Shown here one piece after another: positions 19,640 through 31,975 of a DNA stretch of 64,000 bases. The stretch's first letter is position 1. Each line of letters starts with the position of its first letter. The notes beneath the pieces were generated by a model. The model made no database searches. It saw only the letters and a list, made by a program, of their open reading frames with translations, and was not told where the DNA came from. The DNA comes from Octopus vulgaris (taxonomy: Eukaryota): NCBI GenBank assembly GCA_951406725.2, contig OX597832.1, forward strand, positions 57,908,001 to 57,972,000, in the 5' to 3' direction. Both the position numbers and the translations under genes were made by a program.

Positions 19640-20196
19640 CGAATTGGTTAATTCATAGCTGTAACAGACGAAGCTTGCCGAAATCTAATATCCAGTATCT
19701 TCCACAAGCTGATCGCTTTATGCCCTTCTTGGTCCTACCTATTTCTGCATGTTCATGTGTCAGCGTCCAAAGAAGGAAATCCTTGGATATTTCATCCTTG
19801 CCTCTCCGACAATGTTCTGCATAACGTATTCATTCTCTGATGATCGAGTTGATGGTAGGAAGACTGAAGACTGCCATACAGTCGCTGCTTTGTGGGGTGT
19901 TGCTACCGAGAAAGATTGAGAACTGCACCGAGAATTCTCGTGTATGTACCATCAACCTTCTTTTCAAACCTGTTGTTCAGCTGTAGGGAAGAACTGACTC
20001 AACGAATGCTTTGAAGAAACCTCTCTGCACGTTATCAGAAAGAGAGGACTTCCATATAATTCTGAGTCTGTCAGGGGCATTCCATGCTTTTGCAATTCTT
20101 ACCTGAGCATCCTTTTTTAATGAAGAAATATTACTTTCCAGGTAGTAAATATCATCAACCATTTTCGGATTAGTGCCAATCAAAGTACAGATAAAC
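19640..20196 (-). pseudogene. RTE-clade LINE ORF fragment (post-RT region)
   Basis: VDDIYYLESNISSLKKDAQVRIAKAWNA..RLRIIWKSSLSDNVQRGFFKAFVESVLPYS resembles the RTE FKYLGS...RIAKAW...IWKS...VESVLLYG block. Confidence 0.8.
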
Positions 20197-20930
20197 TGGC
20201 ACACCGTCAGTTACGACGACGAGTGTTCCAGTTGATCCGACCAACGGAACAACCTGCAAGTGGAATTAACATGCACGTGGCTGAGTACTTCGCAGACACG
20301 CGTACCCTTAACGTAGTTCTCAAGGAGATTCAGCATGATACAGAATGTAACAAAGCTGAAACCTTTGAATTACAGGTACAATAAATTTTTGCCAGCTTAC
20401 TCTCTTTCTCTTTTACTTGTTTCAGTCATTTGACTGTGGCCATGCTGGAGCACCGCCTTTTAGTCGAGCAAATGGACCCCAGAACTTATTCTTTGTAAGC
20501 CTAGTACTTATTCTATCGGTCTCTTTTATGCTGAACCGCTAAGTTACGGGGACGTAAACATACCAGCATCGGTTGTCAAGCGATGTTGGGGAAACAAACA
20601 CAGACACACAAACATATACACGCATACATATATATACATATATACGACGGGCTTCTTTCAGTTTCCGCCTACTAAATCCACTCATAAGGCTTTGGTCGGG
20701 ACGAGGCTATAGTAGAAGACACTCGCCCAAGGTGCCGCACAGTGGGACTGAACCCGGAACCATGTGGTTGATAAGCAAGCTACTTACCACACAGCCACTC
20801 CTACGCTTAGCGGATAGGAGCAACGTGAAATAAAGTGTCTGGCTCGAGGGCACAACGCACCACCGTGTATCAAACTCAGGACCTTATAGTCGTGAGCTGC
20901 ATACCTTAACAACTAAGTCACGCGCTATCA
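20197..20930 (-). mobile_element. SINE family C (tail type 1) with SINE family B nested at 20400-20806
   Basis: The outer element is broken at ...tttttgccagctta and resumes at gcttagcggataggagcaacgtgaaa; the inner copy is a full-length family B. Confidence 0.85.
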
Positions 20931-20959
20931 CACACATATATCACCTATTACGATATAGC

Positions 20960-21162
20960 AGACAAATTCAGTCACACCAGCATTGATAAGTGTTCCTATT
21001 TGCGAGCTGCAGACTTAAGTGCATGGAACATTTTCTTTGCTAATTCTACATTGTCTGTAAGAAGAAGCAGATCATCTGCATAGTCGGCATCTGTTATTTC
21101 TACTGAAGGATGTCTTCTACTTGTAGTTCTTTCAAGTGTAAATCCATAATCTTTGCTGATGT
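20960..21162 (-). pseudogene. RTE-clade reverse transcriptase fragment (same LINE as 19640-20196)
   Basis: Minus-strand translation KDYGFTLERTTSRRHPSVEITDADYADDLLLLTDNVELAKKMFHAL includes the YADD catalytic motif. Confidence 0.85.
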
Positions 21163-21164
21163 CA

Positions 21165-21510
21165 AGACTAAAACAATACCTGTTGTTATAGGTGCACTAA
21201 GAATGATAGCAAAAGGGCTGATTGCTACCTAACTCAGATACCAGGAAACCCCTAAAATGGCAGAAATTCAAAAGGTAGTGCTCATGGGAAATGCCCATAT
21301 ATACGTAAAATACTTTCTATGTAATCTCAAGTTTTAAAACCAACTCATAATTTTCTTGTGTTTTCTTAAACCTTCACTAGAACAATACTACGTGCAAACC
21401 AAATATATGACACCGTAGGCATAACACCAACATGAACTTCTAACTTGTCTCTTGAGGTCTCTGGGTGAGACTTGGAGCCAACTTGTACAAATGCAAAGCA
21501 AAAGTCAAAC

Positions 21511-21547
<37 letters not shown>

Positions 21548-21575
21548 TAATAATAATAACAATAATAATAATAAC

Positions 21576-21626
<51 letters not shown>
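21165..21626 (+). mobile_element. R4/Dong-like (RLE-type) non-LTR retrotransposon 3' end with (AAT)n tail
   Basis: TKTIPVVIGAL.MI ... AEIQKVVLMG.AH..RKILSM* is typical of RLE-clade C-termini; a 3' UTR then (AAT)n at 21511-21626 follow. Confidence 0.75.
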
Positions 21627-21627
<1 letters not shown>

Positions 21628-21949
21628 TGACCTAAGTTGACATTGGCATGATTTGAACTTAGAATATTGTGAGACAAAAGCTAATGCTACAAAATAGCTA
21701 TTTCAGCAACCCTCCACTCATTCGTCCTTCCTTTCTTTCTCCGCCTTATTAAGCGTAGTGATCTTAATAATAATTAAACCATTCCTAATTATGATTTAGT
21801 TTCATATAGGAAAAAATATAATTAGCTGCAATATAAATGTTACGACGCTTGTCAAACCTCTTGGCATATCTGGTTAAATTCATCTCCGGATAATGATTCA
21901 AGATTCTTAGAAATATAAAGTTATACACCAATCACTATACACTCACAGT

Positions 21950-22137
21950 TATACATACATATATGCATGAATACATACATGCATGCATGTAGGCGTATCT
22001 ATATATATATATATATATACAAACAATCAGATATTAGCATATATATGCACATACGTATATACATACAAACATACAGATGTACGCATGTATAAACATGCTA
22101 ATGTATACTTGCAAACACATACACAAGGCCATTTTAA

Positions 22138-22170
<33 letters not shown>

Positions 22171-22352
22171 GAATGTATGTATATATGAATGTATGTATAC
22201 ATGTATGTATGTATATATACATATATACAAACATGCATATATATATGTATATATATATATATATATATATACATATATATATACGTACATGTACGTATAC
22301 ACGCATATTCTTCAAGCAAGCACAAGATTATACACACACACACGTTTTGTGC

Positions 22353-22385
<33 letters not shown>

Positions 22386-22580
22386 CATACAGAGACACAC
22401 AAATATATATACGTATACACGCATATAATATATATACCTATACTCTCATATTATTCAAGCAAGTACAAGATTATACACACACACATTTTGTGCGTGTATA
22501 TAAATATACATATATATATATATATATACGCAGAGACATACAAATAAGTTCAGATAGGCAAACACTCATACATACACACG
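21950..22580. repeat. Compound TA/CA/TG microsatellite with an internal duplicated unit (ttcaagcaag.acaagattatacacacac)
   Basis: Direct reading. Confidence 0.85.
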
Positions 22581-22924
22581 CTGTTAAACGCGGCGCACAT
22601 TCTTACACGTCTACACGGAAGCGCGTAGACGAATGAGAAACAGTTGTTGTACAAAGACAAATTTAATTAAAACTGCAATTCATTTCAATATCTGTACAGT
22701 TATAAAAACATCACTGCAGTTATATTTATGTCATTTTCTTATGAACCGACGTCACAGATATCGATAAAATTTCTATGGAAATTAAACAAAAAAATGACAA
22801 CAACGAGAAGAAGAATAACAAATTTGGTATTTAAGACAAACACACAAACTGGCATACGCAAACACACACACACACGCACGCGCACGCGAGCGTGCGGTGA
22901 TATATTTACATCCGTCCTCACATA

Positions 22925-23489
22925 GGTACGTACATACACATATATGCATATACATGCATATATATTTATGCGTATACATACGCATACATTCACACACACA
23001 CATATATATATGCATATATAGTTATACATATGCATATATATATGCATACATATATGTATATATGCATATATGTATATATATATATGCGTATATATGTATA
23101 TGTATGTATATATATATATATATATATATGCACATATATACATACATATACATATATACATACATATACATACATACATATATATATGCATATATGTATA
23201 TATATATGCGTATATATGTATATGTATGTATATATATATATGCACATATATATATATATACATACATATATATATACATACATATACATATATATGCATG
23301 TATACATAAATATATATATGCATATATATATATATATATCAATGCATATATATACACATACGTATGCATATATATATATACACACACATACATGCATATA
23401 TATATATGCATATATATATATACATACATATATATACACATACGTATGCATATATATATATATACACACATACATATATATATATATGC

Positions 23490-23520
<31 letters not shown>

Positions 23521-23648
23521 CATATACATACACATATATATATATACATATACATGCATATATATACACATACGTATGCATATATATATATGCATACATG
23601 TACGAATATATATACATACATATACTGTAGCAATAGACAGACACGTAG

Positions 23649-23679
<31 letters not shown>

Positions 23680-23814
23680 TATATATATATACATATAAAC
23701 GCATAAATGCACGGACACAACAGACTTATACGCACCCGTATATACGTAATAAAAACATGCATACACAACAACACGCCTACATCCATATAGATACACATCA
23801 TATATATCTATATA

Positions 23815-23855
<41 letters not shown>

Positions 23856-24045
23856 CTATCTATCTATCTATCTATATATATATATATATATCTGCATAGA
23901 CGTAATCATGTATGCATATATATGCATGTTTGCGTATACGTATAGATGTATGTATATGTATATATATATATGTATGTATATATGCATGTATGAATGCATG
24001 TATGTATATGTATGTATGTGTATATGTATAGATGTATGTATAACA
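22925..24045. repeat. Compound (TA)n/tatgca microsatellite
   Basis: Direct reading. Confidence 0.9.
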
Positions 24046-24539
24046 TTTCATAGGTAAATCGGCTGCTACACGTCTCTTATATGATCGTGGATCTCTCTTT
24101 ACGATTCCTGGCATTTCGATATATCTGTTTGTTTTTGGTAGCTGCTGTTTATATTTATATCTATGTCCCTATTGACTTTATTTTATTCTCTTCTATTCTA
24201 TTCTATTCTATTTTATTTCATTTCATTTAACCAGCAAAGAAATCACAACATAGAATAATGGTTTAGAAGAAGGGTAAACATGAGCAAAGTCTTGTCTGCA
24301 ATGTTCTGCTAATAGAAAGTCTATAATTACAGTAGCTCGCCTCAGATACTGATTTGAAAGGCTGTGTAAGAGAGTAATGTTTGATTGGCTAGTCGGGAAT
24401 AACTGCCAAGACAATTTTGACCTCCCGTAAACATGTTAACCTTCTGCTAATGATGTAATATTATTGCTTGGTCGATGGAGCATATAAATCAAGGTCTTTA
24501 TGAAATGAAAGGAAACAGGCGACAGAGATTAGTTAAAGC

Positions 24540-25331
24540 AAGAGAAGGGAGAGAAGAGGAGAGAGGGTGAGATATATATAAATATATATATATATATAGA
24601 GAGAGAGAGGGAGAGGGTGAAAAGAGAGAGGGTATGAGGGGAAAGGAAAGAGGAGTATGAGAGAAGGGGAGAGATATGCGAAATGAGAGAGAGGGAGAAG
24701 AGAGGAGGAGAGAGGGATGGGAGGGAGAGGGGAAGAGAGTGGAAAAAGAGAGGGGGAAGAGAGAGAGGGAAAAGAGAGAGGGAAGAGAGAGGAAGGAAAA
24801 GAGAAGGAGAAGAGAGAAGGGGAAGAGAGAAGGGGAAGAGAGAAGGGGAAGAGAGAAGGGGAAGAGAGAGAAGAAAAGAAAAAAGATGGTGAGAGAAGGG
24901 AAGGAGAGAGAGAGAGAGGGATAAGAGAGAGGGGGAAAAGAGAGAGGGTATACTGTGAATGTGGGTTGGAGGAGGAGGAGAAGAAAAATGACTGAGAATG
25001 AGGAGAGAGAGAGAGAGAAAGAAATCTGCTGTGAGTGTAGGTAGTTGGAGAAAAACAATGATAGAGTGAGGGAGAGAGAGAGACAGAGACAGAGAGATTG
25101 AGAGAGAAGAGGGAGACAGAGATAGAAAGAAGAGGGAGAGAGACAGACAGACAATGAAAGAGAGACAGTGTGTGTAAGAGATATTCAATGTGGGTGTGTA
25201 TGTTTATATAGAAGAGTGTGTATGTGTATTAGAAGCAGTGTATGTGTGCGTGTGTGTAAAAGAGAGGAAGAAAGAGTAAACGAAAGTCTATGCCAGTGAG
25301 AATGTCAGGTTGCGTATATGAAATGGCATCT

Positions 25332-25364
<33 letters not shown>

Positions 25365-25650
25365 GCGGAGGGAGAGAGAGAGAGAGTGAGAGTATGTATA
25401 TAGGTATGTGAGTAAAAGAAAGACAGAGGAAGGGTATGCGTTTGAGTACAAGAGAGACTGAGTCTGTGAGAGGGTGTATGTAAGGAAAAGTGAAAGTGTG
25501 TGCGTAGGAGAGAGAGAGAGAGAGAGAGAGAGAGTGAGAGAGAGAAAGAAAGGATAGGAGAGAGAAAGAAAGAAGGATAGGGTGGGAGAGAGAATATCAG
25601 TGAAGGAGAGTGTGCAAGAATTATCAGAGAAGACTTGTATATGTAGGAAG

Positions 25651-25688
<38 letters not shown>

Positions 25689-25690
25689 AG
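24540..25690. repeat. Polypurine GA-rich low-complexity tract
   Basis: Direct reading. Confidence 0.9.
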
Positions 25691-26179
25691 TATGAGGAAT
25701 TAGAGGAGTAGGAGGAGAGAAGAAGAAGAAGATGATGATGATAAGGAAGGAAGGTAGCTAGGAATGGTAAGTGGCGGGAGAGTTCGTGTCGCAAAAATCG
25801 GTGCCATTCGACCGAGAAACATCTTGCTTCCAAATTAATTTGAAAAAAAAAAAAAAAAATCACTCTGTGATATTTCATCGTTGAATGAAGGACGAGATAT
25901 CGAAGGAGACGAGTACAGAAAGGTGGTGGTGGCGGTGGTGGTGGTGCTGGCGTTGACGTTGGCGTTAGCGTTTGCGGTGGGGAGCGGTGGTCTGGTCGGA
26001 GTGGATGCTGCGTGGATTTGCTAGAGAATCCTTCTTTAGAATCACGTGTTCGGTAGTTTTTGCCAATTAGTGACGAAACCGTCGTCAAGTTAAGTCGATG
26101 TCCGATTTCCGGGACACATGGTGCTGTTTCTCTTTGCTATATTACACGACTTCATACAGCCTGTTATCATTATCATTGT

Positions 26180-26219
<40 letters not shown>

Positions 26220-26282
26220 CATCATTAGTATTATTTTTATTATCATCATCATCAACATCATCGTTTATCTGGCGACGTGAGG

Positions 26283-26313
<31 letters not shown>

Positions 26314-26520
26314 AGTATGTGTCTTGTCTTGTTGTCTTTGACCTCGTCTTTTCTCGAATGTTCTTTTAATCCTTTTCAATATGGCTGCTATTCAATCCGA
26401 TCAGAAACTCCTCACGGGATTAGCTTTGTATCAAACAATGATAACATTCACCAACGATCACTACGGGACTCTGTAGATTTCCAGTAAAAACTTACACAAA
26501 GATCAATAACAACAACAACA

Positions 26521-26563
<43 letters not shown>

Positions 26564-27108
26564 CAACCGTTACAACTGAAACAACGGCAACAACATAGAG
26601 TAATACAGAATAAATCAGTAATAGCCAACGCTCTCCTGTTCGGTGAGATCAATTTGATGTACTTTCTTTCTCTTGTACGATAGCGGTATCCATTTGCTTT
26701 AAGATTTCATTGGGGAATTTTCGGTAAAAATGATGGCGGCCATCTTAAGGGACATGACATCGGCTGATTCTTATTGAATACACCTTTCTGTCAGAATAGA
26801 CAACGTCAAGTGACAAAAGTATCCAGAATCAGAGACTTCTATTTAGTTTGGGGTTCCGAGCAATTTGAGAAGAATTCCCTTGAAAAATATCTATCCATAT
26901 GTATGTGTGTGAGTGTGTACGTGTGTGTGTGTGTGTGTGCGCGTGTATAATTATAGTAAATAAGTATGTGTGGAAGTACGTGTGGTGTAATCAGAGATGG
27001 TTCTGTATAGTCATCATTACGATTAAATAGATGTGCCTACATACATACGTAAACGTGTAGGCGAGTATGTGTGTATGTATGTATGTGTGTCCGCGTGTGT
27101 ATTTATTC

Positions 27109-27139
<31 letters not shown>

Positions 27140-27140
<1 letters not shown>

Positions 27141-27505
27141 CTATATATAAACGGCAGTTTGTCTGTGTGTGTTTCTGTGTGTCTGTTAGGTTGTACCCTC
27201 ACCCTGACCACGGCTTTCAACCGATTCTGATGAAACTTGACACACACATAGCCCAATGTCATAATTCAAAACTAACGCAGCGAAAATTTTGAAAAGTTCC
27301 CCCAGTTCTGAAAAAAATCGATAAATTCGACATGGGGTCGAGAATAAGAAACACAAACCACAGACTGTCTAGGGGACGCAACTCGACCTTTTTAACTAAA
27401 AAAAAAATTACCATCATTTTTTTCCATTTTTTGGCTATAACTCTCTAAAAATGCTTTATAGTTATTTCCCTTACAAACCCGAGCAACGCCGGGCGATACT
27501 GCTAG
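27140..27505 (+). mobile_element. Non-autonomous Helitron
   Basis: a|TCtatatataaacggcag ... cccgagcaacgccgggcgatactgCTAG|t; near-identical copy at 30593-30976. Confidence 0.88.
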
Positions 27506-27530
27506 TATATATATATATATATATGGTATA

Positions 27531-28310
27531 CAGTGTTTGAGCTAAATTTGGCGATATTTACGTTTCCCTTTTTCAGGAATAGCTTGATGTACTGGTGAAT
27601 AGACAACGGCGTTGGAGAGCATAAAGATTAAAGCTGTAGCTGAGAAAAAGTTAGCTGACATAGAGAATTGGAAGCCATCTGACTATTAGAAAAGAGTTAC
27701 TGGTATCATGATGATCAGCGCCGGATAACAAAATGCTGAAATCATGACTGCTGCTCAATGCTCTGTGAATACTGTGAAGGCTTAAGATGCGACGTGGGCA
27801 GCTGCAACAGAGACTACGAAGCCGTGGGCAGCTGCAACAGAGACTACGAAGCCGTGGGCAGCTGCAACAGAGGCTACGAAGCCGTGGGCAGCTGCAACAT
27901 AGACTACGAAACCGTGGGCAGCTGCAACAGAGACTACGGACCCGTGGGCAGCTGCAATAGAGACTACGAAGCCGTGGCCAGCTGGAAGCGGGATAGCAGG
28001 TGTTCTCAATGTATCCAAATGCTATAATTCACCCAACAGCTGAAGAACAAAGCCTCGAATTCGATGCAGACGACTTTGTGAAGCTGCTGGAGACTGTAGT
28101 CAAAAGGTGGCTGGAAAGTGTAGAACACACACAAGGCAAGATTCGACTCTTATCTGTGTGGCACAGTTGAGAAAGGCACACACCACTCTGCCGAGCTAGT
28201 GGCCAAGGTCAAGGACATTTTTGAAGATCTTTCTAAGGCCACACTGAGGAACGCATGTACCAGGTTATGGAGCCGGCTTCAAGTGGTGGAAGCTACTTTG
28301 ATTAAACTAT
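27531..28310 (+). mobile_element. Internally deleted Tc1/mariner-superfamily transposon remnant (maT-like)
   Basis: Starts ta|cagtg. Peptide remnants DADDFVKLLETVVKRWL and AELVAKVKDIFEDLSKATLRNACTRLWSRLQVVEA resemble Tc1/maT transposase. Confidence 0.6.
27794..27984 (+). repeat. 30-bp minisatellite x ~6.3 (gtgggcagctgcaacagagactacgaagcc)
   Basis: Direct reading; abutting units with no spacers. Confidence 0.95.
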
Positions 28311-28324
28311 TAACTCCTAGGCAT

Positions 28325-28631
28325 GGCCCAGTAGTTAGGGCAGCGGACTCGCGGTCGGAGGATCGCGGTTTCGATTCCCAGACGAGCGTTGTGTGTGCTT
28401 ATTGAACGAAAACACTTAAAGCTCCACGAGACTCGGGTGGGGGTGGGGACCCATGGTGTACTCTTTCGCCCCAACTTTCTCTCACTCTTTCTTCCTGTTT
28501 CTTGAGTAACGCTGCGATGGACTGGCGTCCCGTCCAGCTGTGTTGGGGGGGGGGACACGTACGCCATAGAAACCGAGAAACCGGGGCCCATGAGCCTGGC
28601 TCGACTTGAAAAGGGCGCATAAATAAAAATA
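28325..28631 (+). mobile_element. tRNA-derived SINE (extended body, tail type 3) with 16-bp TSD
   Basis: A box tggcccagtagtt, B box ggtttcgattcc; TSD attaactcctaggcat at 28309-28324 and 28632-28647. Confidence 0.9.
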
Positions 28632-28685
28632 ATTAACTCCTAGGCATAGTGTAGTTGATATCATTAAATTTTGAAAATATCTATA

Positions 28686-28900
28686 TTTTTAGATAGGATA
28701 CTTAAAAGTGATGGCTGATAATAGCGTGACCATTGGTTTCGCACCTATTAAGCGTTTAGCAATATAAGGAATTCGTCAGACTCTGGTAGGTGAAGTCACC
28801 GTGAAGATGCCCCTTCAGCCATTTGAGCAATCGCTTTATAAATGCGAAACCGATGGTCTCTCTATGACCGACCATAACTTTTAGCTTCCTAAAAAGATAA
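28686..28900. mobile_element. Old palindromic MITE
   Basis: aaaagtgatggctgataatagcgtgaccattggtttcgca pairs imperfectly with tgcgaaaccgatggtctctctatgaccgaccataactttt (~60 bp arms). Confidence 0.65.
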
Positions 28901-29205
28901 ATTACTTTAGAGTGTTTCTTTTTCGGATATATGAACTACTGACAACATACATACACACATGTCTAGATATGCAACTATATGCATGAGAATACATACATAA
29001 AACATACAAATCTGCACATACATACTTACATACATTCATTCAACAATACCCTGTTGTTGATGTTGAAATTCAAATTCCAACGGAGCCTTGGATCTAGGTT
29101 AGAAACCGGTTCTTTCTCTATTGGCAAGAAATCTTAAACTAAATAATGACATACATACACCACACACACGCACATATACATATATGCTGAACACTAAAAT
29201 CTGCA

Positions 29206-29239
<34 letters not shown>

Positions 29240-29247
<8 letters not shown>

Positions 29248-29400
29248 TTATTTTCTCTTATTCCTTTCTGTTGAAGAGCGTAGGCTCGAAACGTAAAAAA
29301 AACTTTTTCATTTTTCCCGTGCGTCTAACTAATACACCTGATTGTCGTTCATACACCCGTCTTCGTCTTTTGGTTTTCTATATATTTCAACTACATTATA
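29240..29400 (+). mobile_element. Solo Penelope-like pseudo-LTR fragment
   Basis: ctttctgttgaagagcgtaggctcgaaac and downstream sequence are shared with the 3' end of the GIY-YIG element at 54320-54460. Confidence 0.75.
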
Positions 29401-29447
29401 TATATATATATATATTGTATATACTAGTTTTCACCGTATATATTGTC

Positions 29448-29775
29448 AGTATGGCTTAGTGGTTATGGTGCTCAGTTGTTTACGATCTTAAGGTCGCGAG
29501 TTAGATTATTTCTGGCGGTGGGTTGTATCCTTGAGCAAGACGCTTTATTTCACCTTGCTACACAGTCTGCTCATCTGGCAAAAATGAGTTGTACCTGTAA
29601 TTCCAAGGGGCCAGCCTTATCGCATTCTGTGTCACATTTAATCTCCTTGAGAATTATGTTAAAGGAACGCGTGACTGTGGAGTGCTCAGCCACTTGCACG
29701 TTAATTTCACGAGCGCGCTGTTCCATTGATCGCATGAACTGGGACCCTCGTCGTCGTAATCGACGGAGTGCCAGT
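29448..29775 (+). mobile_element. SINE family C (tail type 1), degenerate
   Basis: atggcttagtggtta...cttgagcaagacgcttt...cctcgtcgtcgtaatcgacggagtgcc. Confidence 0.8.
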
Positions 29776-29799
29776 TATATATATATATATATCTTGTTA

Positions 29800-30233
29800 A
29801 TATTGAGGGCATTACTATACATAAATGCCACCCGCTAGGGGGGACTCTTAAAGTCAAAACTACCAAAATAAATAAATACACAGTTTCGAATACGAGGGAA
29901 TGCAACTCCCGAAGCGAGCCTTTTAAAAGCAGAATTCAGCTGCATATCACATGATTTCATAATTAGTGCACAAATCCACTTTTTAATCTTCAGTGCAAGC
30001 ATAATTCAAGATTTGTAAAAAATGAACAAAAATCAACATATCAGACGAACACCAGCGTATCCAGCGTAGCATATAGAATTGTTCACCCTTTACACATCTA
30101 TGTAAAAGGCGAGCTTTTTCGAATTGCATATCGGTACAACGTGTTTATTTGGAATAAAATTCAGCATTCAATATACTCCGGTTAAATTTACAATTTAAAA
30201 ATAGGCATTTATGTATAGTAATGCTCTTAATAT
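29800..30233. mobile_element. MITE with 30-bp terminal inverted repeats
   Basis: atattgagggcattactatacataaatgcc / ggcatttatgtatagtaatgctcttaatat (28/30 match). Confidence 0.8.
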
Positions 30234-30344
30234 AAATAAATTATATTTAAGAGAAAAATTGATGGATTTTTCTCTTATGAGGTTTTTCATGCTAACTACT
30301 TGATAAATTCTTATAAAGATTTTATTCTATTTTAAAATTGTATG

Positions 30345-30389
<45 letters not shown>

Positions 30390-30592
30390 TAAGGTGATAC
30401 TAGTAGATAACCCGGCTGAATCAAATAGTTGATCGTGGTGCGCGAGTTGGTGAAAAGGTAGTAACGTATTTCATGATTTTCGTGAAATACACATTCAAGA
30501 CATATAGCAGTAGAAATTCACGTCGCTCATTTACACTAATCTTACTCTATCAGATTTGTTGCACCTCCACATTGTTCTGGCATCGTATGTTA

Positions 30593-30976
30593 TCTCTCTC
30601 TATATAAACGGCAGTTTGTCTGTGCGTGTTTCTGTGTGTCTGTTTTCTCGTACCCTCACTCTGACCACGGCTTTCAACCGATTCTGATGAAACTTGACAC
30701 ACACATAGCCCAATGTCATAATTCAAAACTAACGCAGCGAAAATTTTGAAAAGTTCCCCCAGTTCTGAAAAAATCGATAAATTCGACATGGGGTCGAGAA
30801 TTAGAAACCCAAACCACAGACCGTCTAGGGGACGCAACTCTACCTTTTTAAACTCTCAAAAAAAATTTACCATCATTTGTTTTCCATTTTTTTGCTATTT
30901 TTTGGCTATAACTCTCTAAAAATGCTTTATAGTTATTTCCCTTACAAACCTGAGCAACGCCGGGCGATACTGCTAG
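30593..30976 (+). mobile_element. Non-autonomous Helitron (same family as 27140)
   Basis: TC...cctgagcaacgccgggcgatactgCTAG|t. Confidence 0.88.
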
Positions 30977-31864
30977 TTCTAAAATAAATATAAAACAATG
31001 ACACCGAGATACGATTCCATTTGAAGGCACTCTAAGGAATTAAAAGCAAAATCAAAATTGATTGACCACTCCCATACTTGGTGTCGTATTCGGTGTGTAA
31101 CACCAGGTGAGGAGTTGTGGTTAAGTCGTGAGTCAGCTCTGAAATAGCGGACCAAAGATATAAGTCATTCCGACCATGATCACCAAGATAATATCCATCG
31201 TCAAATACATTAGCCAATGCAAAGTTATGTATGTTTATATCTAATATGTTCGGGTACGCTCAAACGTTGAAAGACCTTTGCTGCAGTAACTGTCTATTAA
31301 AACGAAGTGAAATTCTTTTAATAAACAGGCTGTGTGTGTGTGTGAAAACACACCGATCTGTGCTTTGTATAAGGCCACTGGATCATTAGACACATGTTTC
31401 TGGGTCGTTCTACTTAATCAGCTACAGGCACAGAATCGTCGTTCATGACATACTTAAAGCTTCCATTTAGACATGAAACTGATAAATAATAAATTTGTTG
31501 GCGTGTGCAAAGCTTTGTCAAGCTGGAATCATTTAAATCAGAAGCAGCGAAAAAAAAAAAAGAAAATAACTGTGGAATCTTATATTTCATACATTCGTGT
31601 GCACTCCAACACGGATAGACTACCGCGGTGGCAACTACCTCGGAAGAGAAAATTTTTCTTTGCTGCTACTACAGCTAAGTCGAGTATTGTCTGGTTTAAA
31701 ATACGTCTTTTTAGTCATTTATTACCAATTCATTCTTTATTAAGTAGACCCATAGGTAGAGCATTCCATATATGACCACCCCGTCTTATTGTCAAATAAT
31801 GTAACCAGAATTTTTCGTTGTGGAACATGTTCTTCTCTTTTTAATATTTACAGGTAGAAAAGAA

Positions 31865-31975
31865 GTGAGCTGGCAGAAATATTAGCACGCGGGGCGAAAT
31901 GTTTAGAGTATTTCGTCTGTCTCGACTGGCTCCCTCCCTAATAAATTTCGGGCCTTGTGCCTAGTGTAGAAAAGA
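31865..31975 (+). mobile_element. SINE family A, internally deleted
   Basis: gagctggcagaaatattagcacgcggggcgaaatg joined to aaatttcgggccttgtgcctag. Confidence 0.6.

Noticed and set aside
27222-27240. CTGATGAAAC inside Helitron copies; also CTGATGA at ~16103 and ~53050
   Set aside because: No stem II/GAAA/stem III architecture
27794-27984. CRISPR-like 30-bp repeats
   Set aside because: Units abut with no unique spacers; eukaryotic context with no cas genes
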